NCBI GenBank assembly: GCA_010093995.1
Contig: ML992514.1
Coordinates: 159,437 to 223,436, forward strand
Source: Elsinoe ampelina
Lineage: Eukaryota
DNA length: 64,000 bases
Direction: 5' to 3'
Below are positions 1-13,017 of this stretch, one piece after another. Made by a program: the position numbers and the translations under genes. Under the pieces are notes generated by a model that saw nothing but the letters and a program-made list of their open reading frames with translations, ran no database searches and was not told where the DNA came from. Numbering within the stretch: position 1 is the stretch's first letter; each line of letters starts with the position of its first letter.

Positions 1-839
1 TAGTACTAAAGAACTAGTACTAATGAGTCAGCGCACGCCTAGTAGATAAATCGGTCATTGTAACTCTCTGAATGAAACACACGTCTCTCGATCCGATTTG
101 CCAGTTACAACAGGTTGAGCCCTTCGGTTGTTGCCGAAGAGGCGTCGAATCACGGAGGGAGATTCTGCCGGAGTGGGGGGACCTCGAGGGAGGGTTGATT
201 CTGATTCTGCCACTGCTGTTACCTGCTGCTGAAACACGACAGCAATCTGGTGATGATGGGAAGACAAAAAACGAGGTGTGAGAAGCATTGAGCACCCGGA
301 AGGATGCAGTGACACGACGAAAAGAAAGAGCAGAGATCGTACATGCATCGACGACGGGAATCTCTACGGTCTTTCAACACGTCCATGGCCTGCGTCGGAC
401 TTCGGACAGACACCACAGACGAACAAACGAGACAAGCCCACCCCTCGGCCTCGTCCAGCAGCTCAGCTCCAGCTCATTGCTCTTTCGCATGACTGCTTTT
501 CTGTCGTTTCCCAAATGACCAAGTCCGATGCCGAGCGCGCGACCTGTCCGTCCGTTCCCGTGCGCTCACTGGACGGAGAATGGGTGCGGAGCCGAAAGTG
601 CTTCCACCATCCCGCCGCGGGTTCAGGTCTATGGGTGATTACTTGCGGACTTGCAGGCTCGTGGTGATGTAGGTCTGTCGGAGAATTATTGAGTTGCATA
701 GGTAATGGGTTTGTATAAAGATGTTGGTGGCAGCATGAGGTGGGTTCAACATCATCCCGCCTTTGCAGCAGACCTTCACAAGCACTTCGCATACCAAGCA
801 CCGATTCGATTTCTGATACCTAAGACTCACTCACATACA

Positions 840-1693
840 ATGTCTGCTCCCCAAGCACTTTCCACCTCCCGCCTTGATGGCAAGGTCGCCCTCGTCACCG
901 GCTCTGGTAAGTCCTCTCCCCGACTCCCCATCACACAACCCCTAATCCCTTCCCAGGTCGTGGCATCGGCGCCGCCATCGCCACAGAGCTCGCTTCCCGC
1001 GGCGCCTCGGTCGTCGTAAACTACGCCAACGCCGTCGACGCCGCCCAATCCGTCGTCGACGACATCAAAAAAGCCGGCGGCGACGCCATCGCCCTCAAAG
1101 CCGACGTATCCGACGTCTCGCAAACCATCAAACTCTTCGACGACGCCGTGGCGCACTTCGGCCAACTCGACATCGCCGTGTCCAACTCGGGCGTCGTCTC
1201 CTTCGGCCACCTCAAGGACGTCACCGAAGAAGAATTCGACCGCGTCTTCCGCATCAACACCCGGGGCCAATTCTTCGTCGCGCGCGAAGCCTACAAACAC
1301 CTCTCCGTCGGCGGCCGCATCATCCTCATGGGCAGCATCACGGGCCAAGCCAAGGGCGTCCCCAAGCACACCGTGTACTCGGGCACCAAGGGGGCGATCG
1401 AGACGTTCGTGCGCTGCATGGCCATCGACTGCGGGGACAAGCGTATCACGGTCAATTGTGTCGCGCCTGGCGGCATCAAGACGGATATGTACCACGCTGT
1501 TTGCAAGGAGTATATCCCGAACGGAGAGAACTTGACGAACGAGCAGGTGGATGAGTATGCGGCTACGTGGAGTCCGTTGAATAGGGTGGGACAGCCGATT
1601 GATGTTGCGCGGGTTTGTGGGTTTTTGGCGAGTCAGGATGGGGAGTGGATTAATGGGAAGGTGTTGGGGATTGATGGGGCGGCTTGTATGTAG
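840..1693 (+). CDS. THR1: 1,3,8-trihydroxynaphthalene reductase (3HNR, SDR family; DHN-melanin pathway)
   Basis: ATG 840, intron 907-956 (GTAAGT..CTAAT..CAG). Spliced protein has [42 protein letters not shown] catalytic motif and the C-terminus [15 protein letters not shown] typical of Thr1/Brn1/Brm2. Confidence 0.93.
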
Positions 1694-2282
1694 AGGGTTG
1701 GGCAGTGTGATGAATGAGAGGTTTTCATGTTTTTTACCTACCGCTGATGAATTTGGTGAACGGAGGTCCTGCACCCCGATGATATAACCATGGTTCGTTA
1801 AACGTTTAACAAGATCAGCCGAAGGTTGCGGGCTGATCCCCCGTGTCTGGTTCAACGGTTTGTCCGAAACTTTCATCACTTACTTTTTGACATCACAACT
1901 CGAATATGCTATAACATCATCTTGTACATATACCTTCTAGCGTGATCGACTTGGTGCTAACAGCAACAACATGCTTGGCCACCGTCGCAGGACAGAATGC
2001 TGACACCCCTTGGACGCCTAGCCAATCCGTGAGGCTGACATGGCAAAGCACGGGCAATCCGCCATTGCCATCAACAAGCTGAGTATTCTTCACATCCTCT
2101 CCTTTCAAACCCAGATCAACGAGTCCTATGCCGGCGATAAACCATGCCCAAGGCATCAAGCGTGACCCAGTGACGAGCGCACCACCACACCGGCCCCTCC
2201 CACCTTCCGACCCAGGGCATCACCCCGTCAAAGCGCAGCCCGCCCTCCGCCCCCACCACCACTCACCTCTCCTCGACCCAGC

Positions 2283-4101
2283 ATGGCCACATCCCTCACC
2301 CCCCTCCCCTCCCCCTCATCAACCCTAACCCTCACCCGCGCCCCCCTCTCCCCCACCTCCCTCAGCATAACCTACTCCCCCCCCTTCACCTCCCCCACCA
2401 CGCTCTCCACCTCGCAAACCCTCTCCCTCACCACCCTCTGGTCCTCCCGCCCCCCTTCCGCCCTCCCCACCGTCGCGGTCCGATGGGTGAACTCCACTAC
2501 GCTCTACGTTGGGTTGCCGCCTACGTGCGGGGGCTACTTCATGGGAGGGAGAGAGGTGGGGGCCGAGCCGGATGTTTCGGGGTTGGGAGTGGTGGTGGCG
2601 TTTATGGTGTCTGCGTGGGCGGTTTGGGGGGTTGTGGTGGGGGGTTTCCTCGGGGAGAAAGGGAGGGGAGGGGGATGGTTGGGTTGGGGCGAGAAGCAGA
2701 GGGGGGAGAAGGGGGGGAGGGGCGGTGGGGAGGTGAGAGGGGGAAGTCGGGAGGGGGGGAAGGTGGGGAGAGAAGAGGGGATGGGAGAAGGAGGTGGAGG
2801 GGCGATGTTTAGGAGGGCCGTGTTGGTGTTGAGTGATCAGCAGCTTGTCACGGGGGTGGCGATATTGGTGGCTGCGTTTGCGAATTTGGAGGACGTGTCG
2901 GTGTTTCATTATACGTTTGCTGTGCAGTTGGCTTGGGTGAGTTGTTTGTACAACCGTGTGGTGTGAAATGGATGCTGATTCGAGACAGTTGTCAAGTAAC
3001 GTACATCTATCGACGATGCTGTTCTTGCGAGGATATCTACGGGCTCACCCTCGCTATCTCTGGTTCAGGATTTCTGGCATGGTGGTACTGTTCCTCATGC
3101 TCATGGTCGCTCTTATCCCGACACACATGTCCGCTCTCTCGCTTATGAACGAGGACGTCTCGAGGTTTAGAGACATGAGACCAGCGAATGGGATCCCAGC
3201 TGGGTGTCTCTGGAAAGTGCTCGGCAATTGGACACCTCCTCAGGAACAGCTGGGTCAGTTTAGGTCGCCAGCACAAAGATACTTCCCGAAAGGCAATATC
3301 CCAGTCGACGGTCAAGCTGTCCTCTCCACCATCATCTTGTTCTTCACCTTCGTCTGGCGATTGATGAGCATGTTCGATATCTCCAGGGACAGATTCCAGC
3401 ACATGTTCCGGGACCGACCTTCCCTTTTCTTGGACAGGAAAATACAGAGATACATGGGCTCTGCTGGGAGTCTCGTTCGACGGTTCCTGCGGTGGTCGCT
3501 ACGGGTGACACTGATCATACTATACTTGATCCACACCCTCCTATGGGACGCTCTCGATTCATACGCCGGCAGCATCTGGCTTATCACGATCAACTTGTCC
3601 GTCGGAACAGGCCAGCTGATCCAGATTCGCTCACAATTACCACCCACAATAAGAGAGGAAGAAGCAACCTGGACATTTGGCCAGATCATGCCCCTCGCCC
3701 TCCTGGCTCTCCCCATCATCGCCGTAGCAGAAGACATGCTCACCAAGCCGCCAACCCCTCAGTCCTCACGAACAGACTCCAGCATCTCCACCTCCTCTCC
3801 CCCCGGCAACAACCACGCCAGCACCATCACCAACGACACCAAATACCCTGCCACGCAATACACCCCCCTCCCACCCCCCAACACCCGCACCAACTCCCCC
3901 AGCGCTCCCCTCCCCATCCAAACCCACCTCCTCGCCTCCAAACTCTACACCCTTCTCTTCTGGGAAACCCACGCCATGCTGGCCTTCACCGCCATCTGGC
4001 TCCCCATCTCCCGCATCTCGTTCGGCAAGGGGGAGAATTTCTGGTTGAACTACATGTTTATCCCCATGACGATTGGGTGCTCGGGGGGACGGTTGTGGTG
4101 A
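2283..4101 (+). CDS. Multi-pass membrane protein of a fungal uncharacterised family
   Basis: Two ORFs joined by intron 2937-2988 (GTGAGT..CTGAT..CAG). Motifs PDVSGLGVVVAF, LSDQQLVTGVAIL, AWLSSNVHLSTM and WTFGQIMPLALLALP, with several hydrophobic helices. Start and 3' end are uncertain. Confidence 0.7.
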
Positions 4102-4524
4102 TTGGGCCTTTTTAGTGGGGTGTTCAGGAGGAGCAGGATCATGGCGGCCATGGGAGAGGGAGATTGGAGTGATGGTCGGCTGGGGGGGGAAGTGAGGGGG
4201 GAGAAAGGGAGAGTGCTGGAGGAGGGAGAGGTGGAAGGGATTGGGAGGGAGAGTGCGGAGGACAGGAGAGGAGGAGATGGGGATGGAGTATGAGGGTGTG
4301 AGAGGGATTGGGAGGGGGAGGGGGGATGTGAGAGGGGATTGATGGTGGGGTGGCGCTTCGTGGCTGTAGCTCTGATAGGTAGTCGTTATGCATTGCTCTA
4401 TACCATGAGAAATATCGTTGGGAACTATGTACACTGGGGTTTGACTCTTCTTCGTATCCAACGAGCTCTACACTCTACACTGTTCGATTTGCACTGTCTA
4501 CCCCGACCACCACATCACTGTCTC

Positions 4525-6328
4525 CTACCCTCCCATACCATAACTCTTCACCCGACTGAAGTAGAACGCCCTGTCATTCTTCAACCCAAACTCCCCCCAA
4601 TCATCCGTCAACCTATTGTAGCTCCAGTACCCCTTCCAGCCCAACCTCATCCCTCTGCTCCCCTTCTTACCGCCCCCGGTCTGCCCTGCCTGGGTCGCCG
4701 TCGTGGCACTCGAGCTCGCACTCCCCGAACCGATGGCGAACTGCATCTTGTACGTATAGCGAGGTACCACGCCTTCAGTCTCGACGTGCAGATCACCTTC
4801 AGCTTCTTGCGCGTGATCTGAGCTTGGATTGGCTGGGGCGGGAGGAAAAGCTCCGTCACCGGGACCGGATAGGCGCCAGCGACCACGCAAGGCATCTTTC
4901 ATGATTTGACTGGTGGGAAGGGCAGGGGTGTGTTCGGTCTTCTGGGCTTGAGTGTGGGCGTGGGCGTGACTGGATCCGGCTTTGTCGAGGCTGGTGGGAG
5001 GAGGTCTACTCTGGGCCTGGGCGACCGTGTGTGCATTGCGGCGGATCTGGCGAGGGTCGGAAGTTTGTTCCGTGAGGTTCTCTTTGCCGATAACGTGGAC
5101 CACATCGATAGGCTCGGCGGTAGTGAGGAGGGAGATGCACGTTCCGTCACGGTAGAAGCGGAGGTAGCGGTAGTAAGTCACCACATGCACCGGAGTGGAC
5201 CAAGTGTTGATGGTAGGAGAGGCGCCGCCCGGTCGAGTGTAATTGACGGTGGAGATGTAGACACCATGAAAGCGGACACGAGGACGGGCTCTGAACATCT
5301 GGCGCCAGGAAGATGCATAGGCCGAGACAAGGAGATGGTTCGAAATATCCAGGAAGGACGGGGTTGAGATAGGCTCCGGTATAGTCTCATCCGTACTCGA
5401 GGTCTCTGAGGTTCCGAGAGTATGCTCGGACTCTTTGAGCTTTGGCTTGCCGAACACGTCGCATGCGAAAGTATAATGCATGCTACCGAAGCCTTGGTTC
5501 TTGCTAAGAACTACAGCTTTCCAGATCTGCTCTTCAGTCATGACAAGGTACGCAAACTTCTTGCACACGACGGCGAGACGTCCGAATGCGCCAATGTTGG
5601 ACCTGCCGACATGGTACAAGATCTGCGTGATGATCTCTTGTGGCAGCTCGGAAATGGGACATGGCGGAGTGGGCGAAGCATCGGTGGGAGGTTCTGCACC
5701 TGGGATGGACAGAGATGCGAATTCCTCTACGAGTTGGTTTATAGTAGGCGGGAGACCATGTAGCGAGTGGTGTGCAGGATTGGGTACAGTGGCGGAAGCG
5801 TTTGATGGGTTGATCTGCGAGGGCTTGAAGGCGGAAGCTGATGGTGGGAAGTGTTTGTTCTTATACTTTTCGTGAACATTATCGTCAAGCTGAACGTGTC
5901 AGCGCGAAGAGATGATCTTGGAGTGATACACGTACCCTGAATGCTCTCCGATACAGCTTCAAGCTCTCTCCGAGCTTTCCTGCCGTCTCATGCTCGACGG
6001 CCTTCTCATAATGCTCAAGTGCTGTGACCGGCTCTGTCGAAGGACCGGGGCATACCAAGCCTTTCTCTGATGCTCCAAGTTTCAATGCTTCCTCCTTGTC
6101 AGGTAGATCATGGAACGTAGGGCCAGCAGTATCGTCATTCACTTGTGGCAATTTGCCACTTGCCGTAGGCGCATTTGATATCGCGGATTTTCGCTTGTCT
6201 AACGATCCCGTCGTTTCTTGTGTCTTTGCTCCGGACGAGGGACCGGCTCTACTCCGTGTAGATACCTCTGCCTTCCATTGCTGCCGGAACTTTTCAAGTT
6301 CGGCTTCCGTGTTTGAGGGGTCGGACAT
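4525..6328 (-). CDS. HRT3: F-box protein Hrt3/Pof7 (FBXO9-like)
   Basis: N-terminal ELEKFRQQWKAEV, ALEHYEKAVEHETAGKLGESLKLYRRAFR, intron 5890-5935, F-box region, then RPRVRFHGVYISTVNY, VTYYRYLRFYRDG and FYFSRVKSY. Confidence 0.85.
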
Positions 6329-6949
6329 TTGTGGTCTTTCCAGCACACTCACATATAAAATGTGACAAACAAACTCACTCGTAGCGGCCTGTCGTGCCTG
6401 ATCGATTCTGACTGGGTTATCCTATGTGCAGCCCAATACTGATATCAGGAGCCGCTCGCCCTGGTCAGATAGTGACGTCGGCCGGATTGCGGGGTGATGC
6501 ACAAAGAGCACGAAAAGGAGGAGTACCTTGCTGGATAGCTCCTGCGAACTCTACCAAGTCGAAAGTCTGATTAATGGTTGGGAGCACTTGGGTCAGAGAT
6601 AGCATCACATGTGTGGTCGTCGTCGTCGCATCGAAGCCAGATCTGGATTAGATAAGCAATCGCCATACCAGATCTCGGCCGATGCCGGGGTCCACGTTTG
6701 TTTCAAGGGCCAAATCGGCAAACTGCGGCGAAAGGGCCATGGACAAAAAACCAAAAAGTTCTGGTCGCGTCGAAGCTCCGTCATCGACACCGACGAAAGC
6801 CAAAGCTTTTTGGGTGACTGCATCTGTTCCCACCTCCACGATCTTCACTCCACAAGTTCCTCCACAATGCTCATCAGGTTCACGAGTTTACGGTAGCACA
6901 TTAGCAAGTTTCGTTGCACAGCATCTGCGGCTCTTGTAGTCCGCGAGAG

Positions 6950-8310
6950 ATGGCTAACACCGAGTCGTCGGAGCAATCGGCGACAGACAACCTTTCACAC
7001 ATGCCCGAGGGTCAGCGACATGACAGAATACCTTCGACTCTCGATTCTACATCCTCTCAGCCCGTTGACACATCCTTATCGCAGAAGATGCTGTCAGCGG
7101 TATCGGGCAGTATTCTCACATCTCTTCTCGGTATGCATGCTCCACATGACACTTTTCTCACTACAATTGACCAACTACAGTCACTCCTCTCGATGTAGTA
7201 CGAGTTCGCCTTCAGTCACAATCCAGTCCGTCCCCTTCTCCTAGCTCCTCTCTTCCCGCGGGAGACTTTGTCCGACTTCCTCCCAATCTCGGCATCTCTA
7301 CATGCTGCCGCGAAGTTTTCTGGGTTCAAAATCAGTCCCAGTTTTGCGTCGCCACAGCACCTTCAGTCTCCAGTGTAGCAGAAGAGCTGACGCAGTCATG
7401 CGCAGCAGAAGAGACGCAGCGTCGGACATTCAACAGCACACTTGACGGGCTAAGAAAGATTGCAAGGAACGAGGGAATATGGACACTGTGGCGGGGTCTC
7501 AGTCCGACACTGATGATGGCTGTGCCTGGAAATGTGATTTACTTCGCTGGCTACGACTGGTTGCGAATGAACAAGTTGTCACCGATTCGAGGACGGGTAA
7601 GCGATGCGTACGCACCACTGGTAGCAGGGAGCTTCTCACGGGTGCTCGCTGCACTGTTCGTGAGTCCGATTGAGATGTTGAGGACGAGGATGCAGGCTTC
7701 TCAATCTTCCGGCACTGAATCGGTTATGCGGCAAACCGTGCAAGGATTGAAAGAGATGGTGGGAGTGAATGGATATTTGAGCCTGTGGAGAGGACTGGGG
7801 TTGACGCTGTGGAGAGATGTGCCGTTCAGTGCCTTCTACTGGTGGGGATACGAGTACGGAAGGGAAGCGCTTCATGAGGCTCGAGAACGTGGCAGGCAAA
7901 GCGAGCGAGGCACATCTGGTTTACGAGGGCGATCACGAGACCATGAGCTCGACCACAAGACTGTGCTCATCGACAGCTTCATCGCAGGTGCTGGATCTGG
8001 AGCCATCGCAGCTTTGGTCACGACTCCCTTCGACGTGGGCAAGACAAGACAGCAGATCGCGCGACATGCTCAAGAGGGTGCAAGCCTAGATAGCGCAAGA
8101 GGATCGATACCGGCCGTCAGACCTGAGGACAGATCGATGCCTCGGTTCATCTGGCATATATTCAAGACAGAAGGCACGGCGGGATTGTTCAAGGGCTGGG
8201 CCGCGAGGTGTATGAAGGTAGCTCCGGCCTGTGCCATCATGATTAGCAGTTATGAGATTGGAAAGAAGATGGCCGTGGGCGTGAATGAGAAGAGGGACTC
8301 GACGAGATGA
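6950..8310 (+). CDS. MTM1: Mitochondrial carrier protein, Mtm1/SLC25A39-40 type
   Basis: ATG 6950, intron 7131-7180. Three carrier signatures (PLDVVRVR, PIEMLRTR, PFDVGKTR), plus LWRDVPFSAFYW and KVAPACAIMISSYE. Confidence 0.88.
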
Positions 8311-9054
8311 GGCTGAGGGACTCTCTCCGGCAGGCAAAATGTGCTTCTTGGTAGCGATGGTAAAAATTCTGGGCATAGCGAGGTGTTTTTGTGTAGCTTA
8401 GGTAGACAAGGCGGCATGATTCCACTTTGCAATATCACAACAATTATTTGGCACTTTTGATCGTAGACCACATCACTGCTATCGTTGTGCTTATCAAACA
8501 ACACTTTTTCAGCGACTATGGCCTATGCAGCCATGTGCCGAAGCCACGATGAGATGGCCCAGCACGTCACATGTCCGGCATAGAGACTAACACAGGGCGG
8601 CAGACCCAACATGGAAACAAAAAGAATGTATCTCATCATCACATGGTATCTACAAAACAAAACAAAAAGAGCGTGCTCCTGTCTCACCCCCACACCAGCC
8701 AGCCGAGCGACAGGTATGCAAGATCCGACAGACACCACTCCCCGAGCCACACGTTCGCAGCAAGCCGCTGCAAGACCAGTTGCGCAGAAACAAGACGGCA
8801 AAGACCAGCAATGAACCAGCATTGACGCGAGTTCTCGAGAAGCATGACATCCGAGCAGACAGAGACAGGAGAGATTGAGAGAGGAAATCAAGCTTCTGCG
8901 GAGACAACGGGTGATTAGCCTCAGGCCCACGACCTAGCGCGCGAAACGGGCAGGCAGGGCAAAAGCCACACCGAGAGATACGGAAAAACGGTAGGGCTGG
9001 ACTTACCCTTTCGTGTTCGGCAACGGTGCTTCCTCTCGTCAACAACCTCCCTCT

Positions 9055-9393
9055 CTAGATGATGGCCTGCCATTGGGGACGCTTGCAGTGTTCCGTCTGG
9101 ACACCCGCGGAATAGCACATGATGCAGGTCATGCAGACGCGTTTGCGGCCCGAGGAATCCGAGTTGGAGAAGATGCTCGAGACGCGTCGGCGGATGCTGG
9201 AGGTTGTGGACTTGAGCGACGCGGACATGCTGGCCATGGATGAGGTGCGACTGTCTCGCCATTGACGCTTGGCTGATCGAGGGGGTTGGATGAAGGAGAT
9301 GCTCGACATGGAGGCCGAGTCGGATGCGTCGTCCCGTGCTTCCTCCTCGAAGGGATTCATGGATAGGGCCATGGCGCGTGGTTGGGACCGCAT
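9055..9393 (-). CDS. Small hypothetical Ser/Arg-rich protein (112 aa) with C-terminal Cys cluster
   Basis: ACCATG start after a C/A-rich leader. A clean minus-strand intron at 8896-9006 just downstream of the stop supports transcription on this strand. No family recognised. Confidence 0.5.
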   Translation of the reverse strand: MRSQPRAMALSMNPFEEEARDDASDSASMSSISFIQPPRSAKRQWRDSRTSSMASMSASLKSTTSSIRRRVSSIFSNSDSSGRKRVCMTCIMCYSAGVQTEHCKRPQWQAII

Positions 9394-10915
9394 GGTGGGT
9401 GGTGATGAGGCTCAGGGTTGTCGACGGTGAGCGTTGCGGGGGCGGGGCGGGTGGAGCGGTGCGGCGACAACGGCTACGGTTGCTGCTCGGGAGGGATCGA
9501 CCGGAGGCTGGTAAGGATGACTGCGACTCAGCGCTGAAGCCTCTCGATGTCGATTTGGGTGATGGTAATTTCCCGAAGGTTTTCCGGCTGTAGGCTTGGC
9601 CCACAGTTGGTATGCTTTGGCTTTGCTAGTGCCTCTTGCTCAGCAGTAGGTGGTCTTTTGTGTCTTTATGGATATAAGAAATGGTGGCGATGAGCAACGA
9701 CGACAGAGGCGCGATACACAGTATGCGGCTGGAGGGACAGAGATCGAAAACAGACCATGGACACGGTACTTTTGTACAAAACCCCAGGCGTTCATCGTGT
9801 TGAGCTGCACTACCAGATCTGCTGATTGTTCTCGGTGACCGAAGCATTGGAAGAGCCTGAATGCGAGCGACACAGCGATGCAGCGAGTGGACGATAGAGT
9901 AGCAGTAGAGAGAAGCGGGCAAGCATGCGACACTAGGGACGATCCGCCACGTTCCAAGGACAGGGTGACGAATGGGAGACGAATAATCGACGGCCGGCTC
10001 TTGGTCGCAATTTGGGGTTCAGCTTGGGCCAGCGAAGACTTTCAAGGAAATGTGATGGCGGAAAGTAAACGCTCTTTGCGCCGTTGTAACATTTTGATTA
10101 CGCCCACCCTTTCCCGTTTCCTGGGCCTCATCAACATCTCGTCCTTGCATAGTGTCTGCGAAATAACATGGCGAGGAGAAGCAGTTCGACTGTTGCATTT
10201 TGCATCATGGACGATACACACGGTGAACACTGTTACCCCTTGTCGATAGTCTCGTGTTTCCAAAACTGTCTCACGAGCAGCAGCCACAGTCGTCTATATC
10301 TTGGGACCATGGCTCAATTTTAATAAAGTCTACCCCACCGTGCTCTCTGGGCCTTTTGCCGCGTTCGCAGGAAAGGATCGCCCTTGCTTCATTCGCTTTG
10401 TTGCTGTGCCTGCGTTGCGTGCCAGACCACTGCCCGGGCCACACACCTCAATTCCACATTCCTTTCCCTCCCACACTCCAACCACCACCACGCTCTTTAT
10501 CCCACGCCCTCCCCGGTCGTGCGTCCATTCCTTTTTCGAGCCTTGCGCGCAGGACACCACCGGGTGCGAGACCGCCCTACAGCCAGGTCCCACGTCTCTA
10601 CACTGTACGTTTCATGCCTGCGACTCCTCGCTTGGGCGCCAGCTGGACACAAAGGGTCTCTTTCAAGTGCGACCGCATTCCCCGAAACTGAGGTCGAAGG
10701 ATTTGCGCTTTTGCATATTGAAGAGACTGTTGAGGATCCTGCTTGGTCAATAGCAATCGAAGATCCAGGTGCTGGTGCTGGGCATCGCATCTCAAACTTC
10801 GAAACAAGCTGCCCTTGCCCTGACGGGACGAGGTCACCGATTGTTGACACCAACCGTGCTGACAATTGCTTTTTCACAGAGGCCGAGCCATTCTTTTCAA
10901 CACCATTCTCACGTC

Positions 10916-12261
10916 ATGAGATCGATATCCGTCCTTGTCGGCCTGTCCGCTCTCGGATTCGTCGCTGCTCAACCGAGTAAACACCGTAAGGGATCTGCAG
11001 GTACATGGTTGGCACTCGTCACTGACACTCAACAGGCGGACATGCGCACCTTCACCTCGCCGTCGACAAGCGTGACGAGGGCCCTGTCATTGTTACCAAG
11101 TACGAGTATGTAATCGAGAAAGTGCCTAGCGTGACCGTCTACGTCGACGACACCGGAAGCATTCTCTACTCCAACGTTCGCCCAACCGTCCCTGCGACAT
11201 CATCTGTTGCACCATCTTCTAGCAAGGCTAGTACTAAGGAACCATCTAAGCCAGCGCCTTCGACGACACTGGCTACGTCAACAAGCGCTGCTGCTCCTCC
11301 TCCGTCATCAGCAGCCCCGAGCTCCAGCTCAAGCGAAGCTCCTCCGCCTCCACCGCCATCCTCTTCTGCTGAACCCGCACCAGCCCCACCAGCATACACT
11401 ACTCCTGCCCCTGCACCAGCTCCGGCCCCCGCGCCATCATCGCCTCCGGCCAACAACAACGACCCCACCAACTTCAGGGGTGTCGCGTACTCGCCATACA
11501 AGGGTACCTATGGACAAAATGTCAACTGCAAGTCTGCGGACGATGTCAAGAACGACTTCAACATGATCGATGCCAGCAAGTGGGATGTTGTCCGTATCTA
11601 CGGTACCGACTGCAATCAGGTCGCCAATGTTGTCGCTGCTGCTCAGCCCAAGGGCATCAGAGTTTACGCTGGTGTTTACGATGTCAACAACTGGAAGGCC
11701 GAGATTGACATCATGGCTACCACTCTCAAGGGCAACTGGGGTGCCGTCCACACCATCTCTATCGGCAACGAATCTGTCCACAAGGGCGCGAGCATGGATG
11801 ATGTCCTTTCTGCCCTCCGCCAGGCTAGGGAGTACCTCAGATCCCTCGGCTACAATGGCTGGGTCGTGGCCGTCGATACCTTCATGGTTGCCAAATCTGA
11901 TCCTCGTCTTTGCAAAGAGTCTGATTACGCCGCTGTCAACATGCACCCATACTGGGACTACAACACTGCCTCTGGCGATGCCGGTACCTTCATGCAGGAC
12001 CAGATCAAGATTCTCAAGGGTAGCGACCTTTGCGGCGACCGCCCTCTTGTCATTTCCGAGACTGGCTGGCCTTCCAGTGGTGCCACCAAGGGCAAGGCTG
12101 TCTGCTCGCCGGAAGATCAGTCAAAGGCTATTGGCAGCATTACAGGTGCTCTTGGACAGGGCTATGTCCTCCTCGCCGCTTTTGACGACTGGTGGAAGAA
12201 CCCCGGCCCTGATGGCGTTGAGCAGATGTTTGGTCTCATGGGTACTGCCCCATCTGGCTAG
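10916..12261 (+). CDS. Secreted GH17 beta-1,3-glucanase/transglycosylase (Scw4/Scw10/Scw11-like)
   Basis: Signal peptide MRSISVLVGLSALGFVAA, intron 10986-11035, KR site, Ser/Pro-rich linker, GH17 motifs VRIYGTDCNQV, ISIGNE, VNMHPYWD and ISETGWPS. Confidence 0.9.
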
Positions 12262-13017
12262 ACGTCTTACCAGCCATCCTCTTCTTCATCATCGCCTCGA
12301 AAGAGCACCTGTTCATCACTACATCTTTTAGTCGCAGCATTCACGCAGCGCCCACCCTTATGCATGCATGACATTGATCTTCAGCTTCAATGTTGAATGT
12401 TTTTTTGGCCTGGAGTCTTGAGCGTACGATCTTGTACACGATATCCCCAGCCTTTTATGGCTTTTTAGTTGACGAGTTGCTTTCGTGTTTATTTACACCT
12501 ACCTTCATCTTCACAATGATTTGGAATCTATTTTTGAGGAGTAGAGACTGCTGGAGCAGATATTGGCGAGCTTGCTTGCCTGATCTTTTCTTGATGTGAG
12601 CGACTGGCTCGAGCCGGCAGGAGGGAGGATACATTTCTTGTAGATATACCCGAGAGAATTGATGGTGTGCAACTTTATCAAGTATCGGGGTCGACTCCGT
12701 GAAGACGTGCTTGTGTTGATGTCGATGTCTTTGATGAATCGCTGACGTGGTGGCGACCCCACATGCCCCTCTCCTTGTGTACAGCATCTGCTTGTAGCAA
12801 CACCGTTCGATAAGACCAAATCAAGTTTGCCACGACTCCATTTCCCCACCAAGAGGATTAGGAGCGTACAGTCGCATACGAACAAGTACGAGTATAGCGA
12901 TAACATACCGATCACACGCCCACAACCACCAAACTGTCGACCGCAACGCCATTGCTGAGGTCAGTCGGAGGGATTCAGTCACGAACGAGTAGCAGACGCT
13001 CCACGAGAACATTCACC

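Noticed and set aside
1786..1810. Adjacent palindromes AACCATGGTT and GTTAAACGTTTAAC
   Set aside because: Short, isolated and with no associated feature, so compatible with chance.
827..1879. 350-aa minus-strand ORF over the reductase, and similar antisense or alternate-frame ORFs at 11437-11946, 18470-19210, 44596-45699 and 48501-49415
   Set aside because: Explained by codon bias and skew of the real gene on the other strand or frame.
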